From: Narcine bancroftii
Taxonomy: Eukaryota
Length of the DNA: 64,000 nt
Assembly (NCBI RefSeq): GCF_036971445.1
Contig: NC_091469.1
Span: 154,070,001 to 154,134,000, forward strand
Direction: 5' to 3'
In this document: piece by piece, positions 10,257 to 21,858 of the stretch
Layout: every line of letters begins with the position of its first letter
Position numbering within the stretch: position 1 is the first letter of the stretch
Notes under the pieces: generated by a model
The model's database searches: none
The model's input: only the letters and a program-made list of their open reading frames with translations
Told to the model about the DNA's origin: nothing
Made by a program: the position numbers and the translations under genes

Positions 10257-11170
10257 ATGAACGGGACAATATTTGTGGAGACATTAAGGAAAATTGGTTA
10301 TCCTGATGCCAATCAATTAAATGGGGAGCATTTTGATTGGTGGTTTGACATTGGCGATGAAAGAATGTGTAGAATGGTTCTGCAAAACTGTAAATGAACA
10401 GAATGTATCTAACAGAGAAGAAGACTGAGTGGGTTAAAAACTCTGGAAGTTGAGGATCGTCTGTTGGATCAAAAAAGTTGGATCAGGTCTTGGAGACATG
10501 TCCTAAGGATGTGAAATCAAAATATGGCAGCCCTGGCAGAGTTGACAGTTGAGGAGCTGGAGAATAAAGTTGAAGTATTGGAGATGACTCGTGATCAGAA
10601 GATCCAGCGACGAACCAAGCAGCAACTGTTGGCCACGAGAATACATCATCTGCCTATGAGGCTGAGGGTTGAAGAGGAAGAGTGTGTCAGATTGTTGAGA
10701 GAGACACATGAACAACATGACTGTGAAAACACTGAATTAAACAGTACCCTGTTAAAGATTCGTCAAGAAGTTCAGGAGCTAAGTTCGCTGTATTCCAACA
10801 ATGATCAGTCAAGAGACCAGAACGAGAGGCTGTGTTCTTGTCCCAACTTTTGTTGGACTACTACCTGCTGCAGGAAGAACAATGCACGGCAGCTCTCACA
10901 GAATACACTAAGAAACAGCTGTTTAAGGGAATCGTGAAACTCGTTGAAAGCTCGGACGGTAGAAAAATTTCAGCTGGTGGATTTAAACTTCTCAGCCCAT
11001 ACAAGGGAATGTAATGAGGCACTTGAAGAATATAAGCAACAAATGGCGAGAATCCAGGCAGCATACAGCAGTAGCCAGAGACAGTTAATTTTGGCAAAAG
11101 CGAAGGAAAAAGGCACTGAGGCTAGACTTCAACACATGAGCAGATAATCTCATCAATACGAAAGGGCAAG
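10257..11170 (+). CDS. HAUS3: HAUS augmin-like complex subunit 3, first coding exon (multiple frameshifts)
   Basis: MNGTIFVETLRKIGYPDANQLNGEHFDW, EWFCKTVNEQNV, KIQRRTK, VFLSQLLLDYYLLQEEQCTAALTEYTKKQLFKGI and MARIQAAY match the vertebrate HAUS3 N-terminus as recalled; acceptor ttcag at 10225, donor AAG|gtaaga at 11170. Confidence 0.92.
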
Positions 11171-11329
11171 GTAAGATTTGTTTATGGTCTGGACAAGCAA
11201 TTGTTTGAATTGGTTCCTTTGAAGGAGCAAAATTTTATTGGAGATTTCATAACTGAATTATTATATCTGAAGTAAAATTGGGGCAAATGTGGGTTCCTTG
11301 TCATCACAAATAATCTAAATTGATTCTAT

Positions 11330-11540
11330 CAGGAACACTTTATGAGTGTTGTAGAGGGCGTGATTAAGATGGTGGGGGGGGGGTTACTTTAAAGGAGATG
11401 TGTGGGGAAAGTTTCTTTCCACAGAGAGTGGAACGGCCTGCCAGGAGTAGTGGAGAAAGGAGTTATGATAGTAGTTTCCAAGAGGCTTCTGGATTGGCAC
11501 ATAAATATGAAGGGAATAATGGGATATAGATTCTGGGCAA
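11330..11540 (+). mobile_element. CR1 3' end fragment
   Basis: tttcttt ccacagagagtg...tggaacggcctgccagga, like the 3' end of the other CR1 copies. Confidence 0.6.
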
Positions 11541-11544
11541 TCTG

Positions 11545-12575
11545 CACCCAAGAAGGGGGCTTCCATGTCAGATCACCAGAGATGTCCTCCTTCTTCAAAC
11601 AATGTGGCTCTTCCCCCTACCAACATCAATTCGGCCCTCATCCACATTTTATCCATTATCTGCATATGTGCCCTGGCCCCCTGTACCCACATGCGCAACA
11701 AGGACAGGATTCCTCTTGTCCTCACCTACCACCCCACCAGTCTCCGCATCCAAAACATCCTCCTCCACCTACAACGAGATCCCACCACTAGACACATATT
11801 TCCCTCTCCGCATTCTGCAGGGACAGCTCCCTCCATGACTCCCTTGTCCCCTCTTCCCTCCCCACCAATCATGCCCTTGGTACCTACCCCTGTGACTGCA
11901 GGAGATGCTCCACTTGTGCCCACACCTCCCCCCTCACCACCATTTGGGGCCCCAAACAGTTTCCAATTGAAGCAACATTTCACTTGTGAATCTGCAGGGG
12001 TCATCTCTTGCATCTGGAACTCCCATTGTAGTCTGCTCTACATTGGAGAGACTGGGTGCAGTTTGGGGGATCTCCTTGATGAGCACCTAGGCTTTGTCCG
12101 CCACATTCGTGTGGATCTCCCAGTGTCTGCCCCATTTCATTTCCTCATTCCATTCCCTTGCTGATGTGCCTGTTCATGGTCTAATGCACTGCAGACTGAA
12201 ACCCCTGCCAAATTGGAGGAATAACAGCTCATCTTCTAACTGGGCACCCTCCAACCGAATGGTATTAATATTGACTTCTCTGGCTTTCATTAACCACCCC
12301 CCCATTTCTTCCTCGTCACTTTCCCCCAACACACGCATGCTCTCTCTTTTCCCTGTCTCCTTTCATACAGACCTAATCAGTTCTCACCTCTCCCTTTATC
12401 ATATCCAGTGAATCCCTTTTGTTGGTTTGGACTCCTCCTCCAGCCAGCACTGTCTATAAGATTTCCTGTTGTTTGCTCATTCTTTGCTTATACCTTGAGG
12501 AAGGGCTCAGGCCTGAAATGTCGGCACTATATCTTTGTCTCCTATGGCTGAGCTCCTCCAGCACTTTGGTCTGTT
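11545..12575 (+). mobile_element. Penelope-like element fragment (RT thumb, GIY-YIG endonuclease and terminal repeat)
   Basis: RNKDRIPLVLTYHP, QRDPTTRHIFP and KQHFTCESAGVISCIWNSHCSLLYIGETG...EHL; end motif gaagggctcaggcctgaaatgtcgg...gagctcctccagca. Confidence 0.9.
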
Positions 12576-13126
12576 TTAGGGGTCATTCTGTTTCTTAGAC
12601 TGAAGACCTTGAGTATTTTGGGCTCTACTACTTTCATTTTTGAATGGAGAGGGAAGGGGTGAGGTCTAGAGGAAAGGAGCTGGAGGGATAGGAAAAGGCA
12701 GGAGAGGGGCCCAACAAAAGCTGGAGCAATTGATGTTACTGTCATGTGATGGTAAGTGCCCAGTATTGGGTATCAGGAGGTGAGTTACCTGCCTTGATAA
12801 ACCTCTGATCTCACCAGCTGAAGGACCAATGAACTTGAAGTGACCTTAGATGGAAGTTGATTTTTGTGGTGTCACTCCCCAGATGATAGGCGAGAGAGAA
12901 AGTTCTCTTCTCACCCAGGTCTGCGTCAACCAACAACTCCCATTTACATCAAAACTGCACTAATCTGATTTTATATTCTATGTAGATTTTCAGTTCCCAC
13001 CCGCAACAAAAAGATTCTGTAAGGCCAAAACTTTCAAGTGAATTTTAATACGGGCAAGTGTGAGATTATGCTCTTTAGTGTGAAGAATTAGAACAGCTGA
13101 ATGGAGTTAGATTGCCAATGAATGGC

Positions 13127-14265
13127 TCAGAGGGAGATGGGTGTTCCAGGGAATCAGAGGGAGATGGGTGTTCCAGGGAATCAGAGGGAGATGGGTGTTC
13201 CAGGGAATCAGAGGGAGATGGGTGTTCCAGGGAATCAGAGGGAGATGGGTGTTCCAGGGAATCAGAGGGAGATGGGTGTTCCAGGGAATCAGAGGGAGAG
13301 TGGTGTTCCAGGGAATCAGAGGGAGATGGGTGTTCCAGGGAATCAGAGGGAGATGGGTGTTCCAGGGAATCAGAGGGAGATGGGTGTCCCAGGGAATCAG
13401 AGGGAGATGGGTGTTCCAGGGAATCAGAGGGAGATGGGTGTTCCAGGGAATCAGAGGGAGATGGGTGTTCCAGGGAATCAGAGGGAGATGGGTGTTCCAG
13501 GGAATCAGAGGGAGATGGGTGTTCCAGGGAATCAGAGGGAGATGGGTGTTCCAGGGAATCAGAGGGAGATGGGTGTTCCAGGGAATCAGAGGGAGATGGG
13601 TGTTCCAGGGAATCAGAGGGAGATGGGTGTCCCAGGGAATCAGAGGGAGATGGGTGTTCCAGGGAATCAGAGGGAGATGGGTGTTCCAGGGAATCAGAGG
13701 GAGATGGGTGTCCCAGGGAATCAGAGGGAGAAGGGTGTCCCAGGGAATCAGAGGGAGATGGGTGTTCCAGGGAATCAGAGGGAGATGGGTGTCCCAGGGA
13801 ATCAGAGGGAGATGGGTGTCCCAGGGAATCAGAGGGAGATGGGTGTCCCAGGGAATCAGAGGGAGATGGGTGTCCCAGGGAATCAGAGGGAGATGGGTGT
13901 CCCAGGGAATCAGAGGGAGATGGGTGTCCCAGGGAATCAGAGGGAGATGGGTGTCCCAGGGAATCAGAGGGAGATGGGTGTCCCAGGGAATCAGAGGGAG
14001 ATGGGTGTCCCAGGGAATCAGAGGGAGATGGGTGTCCCAGGGAATCAGAGGGAGATGGGTGTCCCAGGGAATCAGAGGGAGATGGGTGTCCCAGGGAATC
14101 AGAGGGAGATGGGTGTCCCAGGGAATCAGAGGGAGATGGGTGTCCAGGGAATCAGAGGGAGATGGGTGTCCCAGGGAATCAGAGGGAGATGGGTGTCCCA
14201 GGGAATCAGAGGGAGATGGGTGTCCCAGGGAATCAGAGGGAGATGGGTGTCCCAGGGAATCAGAG
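13127..14265 (+). repeat. 27-bp minisatellite (tcagagggagatgggtgtYccagggaa), ~42 copies
   Basis: Directly visible; flanked by decayed CR1 sequence (LEGILRRVTRLIP at ~14410). Confidence 0.98.
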
Positions 14266-14599
14266 AAGGCAAATTATGTGTTTTCTTATAATGGAGTTGG
14301 GAGTTTAGGCATGGGAAGATTTGTTTCAGTTGGAAAGGATGCTGGTGAGGCCACACTTGGAACATATGCACAGTTTTGCTCTTTACTTAAAAAGGATACA
14401 ATGCCATTGGAGGGAATTCTAAGGAGAGTCACCAGGCTTATTCCTAGGATGCAGGGGTTTTTCTAGAGCGAAGCATGACAGCTTTATGTTTGTATTACTT
14501 GTTTCTAAGTGTGAGAGGGTAATCTTATTCAGACATATAAATCTCTGAGGATATCTCTTGCAAAGGATCCACTGTCTCCCATGCTATCACTGACCTTGC

Positions 14600-16270
14600 C
14601 ACTTGCACAGCCTCCCACCCTGCCCAAGCCAGTTGTTTTGCCAGCTCCTGCCCTGCTGAACCTGTGTCTTGACTCCATTTTGTCCTTGATTCAGTCCCTT
14701 CCACCTACAAACATGACATTTCGCATGCTCTCTACCATTTTAACAACTTTCACTTCCTTTCCATGACTGCCTTATTATCATGGACACCCAGGCCCTGTAC
14801 GCTAATTTCCCCCATCAGGAAAACTTCAAGATTCTCCGTTTCTTAATAATAGACCCAACCACTGCAATCCTCCATCTGACTGAACTGGTGCTCTCCTTCA
14901 ACAACTTCTCTTTGATTCCTCCCACTTTATCCAGATCAAAGATGTAGCAATGGGTACTGACATAGTCCCTAGCTATTCTTGCCTTTTTGTTGGTTACGTA
15001 GAACAATCCATGCTGTAAGCCTCCAAGGGTATTGCCTTAACTCTCTGCTATGTTGATGACTACATTGGTGCTGCGTAATGCATGAATAATGAGCTCATAA
15101 GTTAGAGCAACTTCACCACTAAACTCCATCCTCATCGCAAATTCACTTGGTCCATCTCTGGTATCTCTCTCTCTCTCTCTCTCTCTTTGCCCTCTCTGTG
15201 TTCATCTTTTACAAACTCACTGATTTTCATAGTCACCTGCATTTCACCTCTTCCCATACATCCTCCAGTAAGGATGGTATTCCCTTCTCTCACTTCCTCT
15301 GTCTTTGCCTATAACAAGACTTTCTATACCAGGACATTGATATGTCCTCCTTCAGTAAACATGGTTTCCCTTCCTCTCTTATCAATGCAACCCTCATCTG
15401 TATCTCCTCCATTTTCTGTACATCTGCCCCCACCCCACCCCAACATAACTGGGTTCCTTTGTCCTAACCTGCCATGGTACCAACCTCCATATTCAACATA
15501 ATTATTCTCTGCAATTTCTGTTATCTACAATAGGATCCCATCACCAGACACATCTTCCACTCCACTAGCCACAGAAATTGTTTCCCCCGGGGCTCCCACT
15601 AATTCCCCCGGCACTTATTCCTGCAACTGCACCATGTGCGACATCTCCTCCCTTTGGTGCTCCAAACTATCTTCCCAAGTGAAGCAACATTTCACCTGCA
15701 ATTCTGTAATGGTCATTTCCTGCATCCGGTCCTCCTGGTGTGGTCTCAACGTTTGGAAGACTGTATGCAGATTGGGAGTTTGCTTTGTCGCGTACCTTTG
15801 TTCCATCCACAGCAACAACCAAGATCTGCTGGTGGCTAGCAAGTTTCTTTTTCCCTTTCTGATGTATGTCAATGGCCTACTTTTACTGCCATTTGAAGCC
15901 ACAGGCAAATAAAGGAACCAAGCAATATATTCAGACAGCATCAATGTTGACCGCCAATTTCTGCTATTTTTTGTTTTCGGCCACCTCTCCTTGCTTTCCA
16001 TGATCCATTTGGCTTTTTACCTCCCTCTTTTTTCCTTCTCTTTCCCCTCTCAGCCTTCCTGTCATCCACACCTTCCTCCTTGAAGCTCCTCTTCTTTCCA
16101 TGATCTACTATCTTCTCCTATCAGAGTGCCCATTGCCTATTCCTCCTGTCACCTCCTAGCTTATATTATTCCCATTTCTTTCCTCTGCTCCTCCCCCACC
16201 CATCTTCCTCCACATACCTGCATTCCCCCATTATCTGCCAGCTCCTGATCCTCCTCCACCACCTGCCCAC
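14600..16270 (+). mobile_element. Degenerate Penelope-like element
   Basis: NNFS..SSHFIQIKDVAMGT and YVDDYIGA RT motifs; QVKQHFTCNSVMVISCIRSSWCGL GIY-YIG remnant; pyrimidine-rich tail. Confidence 0.8.
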
Positions 16271-17159
16271 CACCCTGTCCTTCTAGTTTAAGTAATTCAA
16301 CTACTCTTCATGATCTTAATTATTGTGAGCCATTCAATGAGGTGCCACATGAAAGGTTACTGCCCAAGAACAGGAAGGTTTTTTGGGGGGAGGGCGGGGT
16401 GAGGAGAGATGGTGGGGTGACACATTAGATACCTCATGTAAAAATGAGTGTGAGTGAAATATTTACCTTTTGGCAATCTGCATGTAGTGAGATATTACAA
16501 GGATCAGTAAGGTAAAGATGCCAGCAAAGGAATCGGTGGGGGGGGGGGGGGGGGGGAGGGGAATTCAAATGGGTGGCCACCAAGAGATACATGCTGTGGT
16601 GGTGGACTGAACTTAGGTGCTCAATGAAGTGATCTCCCAGTCTCTCTGATGTAGAGGTAGCCTGTATGTAGTTTGGTTTACAGAATGTAATGTTACAGTG
16701 TGCAGTCTGGTTTACAGAATGAATGAGTTGATAAATTACAGTTCTCTTTCTTCATGGGCTCTTGCATGCCCAAATTAATTAGCCTTGAAATGGTTCTTTT
16801 AAGAGCTCAGATTGCAATGTTCACCCAACATATTTTCATTCTGTAGGATATGCTCATTTGTTGCTTGGGAGTGTTTTGTTTATGGTTGCAGAGTGGAGAA
16901 CACTGAAAGAGCTTGGGTTGGAAATTGAAAATGAAATGCTTAGAAAAGAGATTTTCCACCCTGGTTCATTACAGATTGAATAGTTTCCATTTTCACATCT
17001 GCCAGCATTGGCGTATCCCATCAAGAACACATTTTATAACAGCCTTGTCTGAAAGTACACAGATGTTCCTAAGATAAAGAATAAGGAATCCCATGCATTT
17101 AACTAGAAACGACAAAGTTGAAATGTTAGAAGCTTAAGTTTGATTTAATTTTTCAACAG

Positions 17160-17602
17160 CTGATTGATGATGCAAATGATGCAAAGGCCAAGAAGAATAG
17201 TTTGTCCAAAGAACTGACTTCGATAAATATCCAAATAGAACACCTAATTAACAAGGCCCTTCCTGATTCTATTTTGGAAAACGCACAACTCTTAAATATG
17301 CCCGTGGTGAAAGGTAATTTTGATCTGCAGATGTCTCGCCAAGACTATTATACTTCCAAGCAGGACCAAGTTGCAGGTCAGCTGATCAAGCAGAAAGCTC
17401 GATTTGAGCTGCTTCAACTGGCGTATGAAATGGAACTGTGTAAGCATAAAGATCTCCATAGGCAGCTTGAGAATCTGACCAGGGAGCTCAATCAAATTGG
17501 AGCCGATTTCATGCAGCGTTTGGAGATGATGTCTGACAAATCCCTACTGTCTAGTCACAAGCAACGGAACATTATTGATTCAAGTGATGCCTCTTCTATC
17601 AG
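17160..17602 (+). CDS. HAUS3: HAUS3 coding exon 2
   Basis: ENAQLLNMPVVKGNFDLQMSRQDYYTSKQ...QLIKQKARFELLQLAYEMEL; acceptor caacag|, donor AG|gtaaaa; open frame. Confidence 0.96.
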
Positions 17603-17801
17603 GTAAAAATCTAAAGGTTACTTTTCTTGTTTTTCTCTGCCCATCCTCTAGACCTGCAACCCAGAGGCTGCTTATCCAAATGCTGGCCTGGCAAGTTGTG
17701 AAAGTTGACAGTAAAGCTGGGTTTTAGTAGCTTAGTCATAGATCAGAGAATTTGTGAATTGTTTTTGAAAGTTAGCTGGTTGCCCATATTATGTCCTAAA
17801 C

Positions 17802-18634
17802 GAGGGGTGGCCAAACTTGCTTAACGCAATATGATGAACCTCAGATGTTTGAAAGCTGCAAGTCATGAAAAAATGTTACTTACACATGTTTACTCTTACA
17901 TATACATGGTTACAAAAAACTTGTATAAATATTAAGAAATATATGTACATAATAATATTAATTTTATGTAGTTTTTAAACTGCTAATTTGTATTACCGTA
18001 TACTGCGGTGTATAAGTCGACCTTCAGATAAGTTGAGTCCCCATTTTCAGCCTAATTTTCATGGTTTTTTCATGTATTTCATATATCAGGCATACAAGTC
18101 GACTCTTTACACCCCCCCCTCCCCCCCAAATCAGATACAGACTGAGACCTGTATGATGACAGTGTAAACCTTGAGACTCTGGATGTGCCTGCTGAGGTCT
18201 TTGCCTTAGATGATGTTAGTAATTTTGTAGGATTTTAAATGTTTTTTTTCAATCAGAATATTCTGATAGCTTGAAAATTTGTTGCAGGTTGAGTTCTTCG
18301 GTGTTTCGAGGGTCATCTGAGTCTATGTCTAGTGTATTTTTTAGTTGAATTTAAGCTCTAATTTTTGGATCTGGCAAGTCAACGCTCAATTTTGTTTTGA
18401 GTGCTTTTTGAGGGTTTCAAGACTCGTATGCTGAAATATATGGTTAGTTTCAATAATCAAAAAGGACACGCGTATATACCAAATATTTTCATTCGCAAGC
18501 AATGCCCACTAAAACTATACCATTGTGAGCACCGGTTCATACGATTCCTGTCTCTGCCAACATATTTCCGCGAGCCGCACAGTGTATGTCAAAGAGCTGC
18601 ACGTGTCTCGCAAGCCATGGTTTGGCCACCCCTG
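17802..18634. mobile_element. hAT (Charlie-like) non-autonomous element with a nested Tc1/pogo-like MITE (~17996-18443)
   Basis: TIRs aggggtggccaaac / gtttggccacccctg; inner element with degenerate TIRs ccgtatactgcggtgtataagtc / gactcgtatgctgaaatatatgg. Confidence 0.7.
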
Positions 18635-18699
18635 ATTAATTGTAACTGACAGTTTACCGCTGGTTATTCATTACTAATGTTACGACTTTTCATTTGCTC

Positions 18700-18980
18700 A
18701 CAAGAACTCGAAGGGACAGGATTTATCAGAGCAGACTTTGTTCATGGTAAATTCTATCTCTCAATGGGAGGAGAATTTGGGGGAAACATTGATGCTAAGT
18801 TTTTTTTAAACGCAGTGGTGAAGGCTGGAATATTAGAGTCATTTAAGAGACTTTCAGATGGGCATGGATGCAAGAAAATTAAAGGTGTATGAGCTAGGGA
18901 AGGTGTGGTTTTTTTAGGTCTGTATATAGATCTGCACAACATCGTGGACTAAAGGGATTGTACTGTGCTGTAAATTTGAT
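18700..18980 (+). mobile_element. CR1 3' end fragment
   Basis: GGEFGGNIDAKFF...AVVKAGILESFKRL, plus a 3' UTR ending tgtactgtgctgtaa. Confidence 0.65.
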
Positions 18981-19599
18981 TGAATTTTTTGAGGTAACGG
19001 TATATTGACGAAGTGCATTGATAGGTGTGCAGACTTTGAGAAAGTCCTTGGACAAGGTATGCTGGGACAAAAATTAAGGCCCTTGAGTGTATGGCAGGGT
19101 GATAAAATAGACCTAAAATGAACTTTGTAAATAGGACAATTAGGGTTGGGGGGGGGGGGGGAGGTTAAACAGGAAAGTGCAGACTCTGGGGTCATGCAAC
19201 ACCCAAAAGTGCTGGAGAAACTCATCAGGTCATGCAACATCTGTAGGAAGTAAAGGCTAGCCAATTATTTGGGATTGGGCCCTTATTCAAGGTATGAGCA
19301 AAAAGCAGGTATTTACTGCTTCTGGAAGCAGGCCATTGGTGATACACTAGACCGAGGTGGGGAGGGGAGGTAGCCTTTTACCATGCGTGGGCAGGATGGT
19401 ATGTCAGTGGTTGAATGGCAGGTTGCACTGATATTACTATAAATGAAACAAATATTGAAACACAGACGTGAATTAAGTTTTCGATGGTCTCTGCTTGAAG
19501 TACGTAATGAACATAACTGACAATAATTTATCAAAAAAAATCCACAGAGAAAGTTTAAGCAATGAGATCAACCATATTCCTTCCAAAAAAAACTAGAAA

Positions 19600-21850
19600 T
19601 GCAGCAAAAATCATGAGTCATTAAACTGACATAAAAAACCATAAAAGTCAAAAAGGAGAAAAATGAGTCACAATGAAGTTTTATTAATAAATTATTTGTT
19701 TTTTCTTTTCTTCAGAATAATTATTTTGTAAATCTTTTTGTAATTTACCTTTAGCCTGTTCTAATTGATTTGTCTCTATATATTCCTTTTTAATTTTAGC
19801 TGAGTAACTTATTATTTGACCTCTTGTATATTTTTAATGAATCCCAAATAATACATTGATTATCTATTGAATTAAGATTGACCTTAAAAATAATTGAATT
19901 TGCTTTCTTATAACATCACAGAAATCTATTCTTTTTAATAATTCAGTATTAAACCTCCATCATTCTATAAGGTATATTTTTTCCTCTAAAGTTGAAAATG
20001 TCAATAAAAATGGCAAATGATCAGAAAGTATTCTTGCTTTATACTCCTCTAATCCTTCCTTGTAACTATGCCAATAATTAAAAAAAATCTATTCTTGAAT
20101 AAAGTCATGTCTATGAGACTAAAAAGAATAATCTCTTTCTCTAGGATTCAACTTTTGCCAAATATCAATTAAATTTAATTGCTTCATAAAACTTAATATA
20201 GCCATTGCCACTTTAGCTCTTGTTACTGTTTTAGTTGATTTATCCAGCAATAGATCAAGACAACCATTGAAATCACTTCCTATTAAAAACCTTTTCCTGT
20301 GCTTCCACCAAAAGTTTTTTGACCATTTTATTTTAGAATTTTAAAAGCCACATCCATGTATACTATTCAATAAAACAAAAAAAATAAGTACAAATGTAGT
20401 GCATGGATAAAATATCAAAGAAAGCACTATCACTTTCTCAAGATGATTGGACGACTATATGTGAGGATAGTATGACTAAAATTGTAAATGTAAGTACAGA
20501 TTGGTTCATTATAAACTTTATTCATCAGTTATATTTAACTCCTGAAAAGTTAAGGAAATATAAGTTTATTTCTTCTGATTTGTGCTTTAGGTGCCATAAG
20601 CAAGTTGGCTCTTTCTTGCACTCCACTTGGTTATGTGAAACAGTGAAATCTTTTTGGAATAGAATTAAGGACCTTAGAAGTTTTATTCAAATTTAAAATT
20701 TCGCTTGATCCAATGGTATTTTTATTGGATTATATTAAGAAATTGAGTTTAGAATTAAAATTAGATGTCTCAAGTTGCTTTTTTGAGATTGGCTCTAGCT
20801 GTGGCTAGAAAATATTTGGCATTTACTTGGATAAAGGAGACTGATTTGAGTATTCAACGGAGGCATTCAGAAATGAGGGCTTGTATTCCATTATAAAAAA
20901 AATAACATACAATTTATGTAATAATTATCCTTTCTTTGTTAAAGTTTGGAGCCCGTATACAGGTTTGAATTTGTGATGGTTGTTATGTAAGTTGATCTCC
21001 TATTCTCTTTCTTTTGGGGTAGATTAGAGGGGGGTTGGGAAGGGTCGGTGGGTTAGGGGGTGGAGGAATTATATGGGATAAATATGTATTTACTTGTATT
21101 TTGATTGTATGATTTATTTTGATAAATTTTGAAAAGAAAAGAAAGCAAGGAAAAGAAAAACGTTAGGAGAATGTTAAAAATAAATATGTGTCAATTCAAA
21201 TAATGAACTGGGTTACCAAAAGGTTAGGCTTTCAGAGAGTCCTTCACATTTTTAAATCAACATATTGTAAATGTGGGCACCATATTTTGAAATCGCCAAA
21301 AGTAAAAAAGCATTCTTTATAAAATCTTCATCAACATTTAGTGCAAAAATGTCCCATTTCAGAATAAATCTGGCAATTAATCAAAATGTATCTCCCCACA
21401 GAATCAATTATGGTATCAAAAATTTTTACTGGTAATGTTTTTTTTTAATTTATATAGCTACTTCTCTTGCTTTAGACTTAAAAGATAAAGCTATAACTTG
21501 GCCCACCCAATCCGTTTTAATGTGGAATGCTTTTTCGGTCAAATTAGTTTCTTGTAAAAATGCAATATAATTTAATATTCTTTTCCTTTTAATTTTACTG
21601 TTTATCCCATTTACATTAAAACTAAAAATAATTAATTTATTTTTGTCATCCATTATCCCAAATCAAAATCTCTTCCTATCCCATTCTTCCAGGTCTTTGT
21701 TTCAACTCTAACCAACTCCTGTGTACTTCTCTGTCCCTTAAGAAAATAAAGAAAAGGAATTAAAAAAGGAAATATTCATTAATAATCAGACAAAAAATAT
21801 ATTACTTAAAAAACTATATTTAAAAAACCCTAAAAAGTGCTGAATAAAAA
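19600..21850 (-). mobile_element. Degenerate L1/Tx1 ORF2 5' part (endonuclease), interrupted by an opposite-strand L1 3' end
   Basis: MDDKNKLIIFSFNVNGINSKIKRKRILNYIAFLQETNL is the APE N-terminus; AT-rich continuation. Confidence 0.75.
20400..21160 (+). mobile_element. L1/Tx1 3' end (Cys-rich C-terminus, 3' UTR, A-rich tail)
   Basis: HQLYLTPEKL...CFRCHKQVGSFLHSTWLC motif, homologous to the C-terminus of the L1 at 34306-35352. Confidence 0.85.
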
Positions 21851-21858
21851 TATAACAG

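Noticed and set aside
13112-14466. Three long ORFs (398, 389 and 441 aa) over the 27-bp array
   Set aside because: The unit is stop-free in all three frames by chance, shows no codon-position bias and lies in a HAUS3 intron inside a CR1 relic
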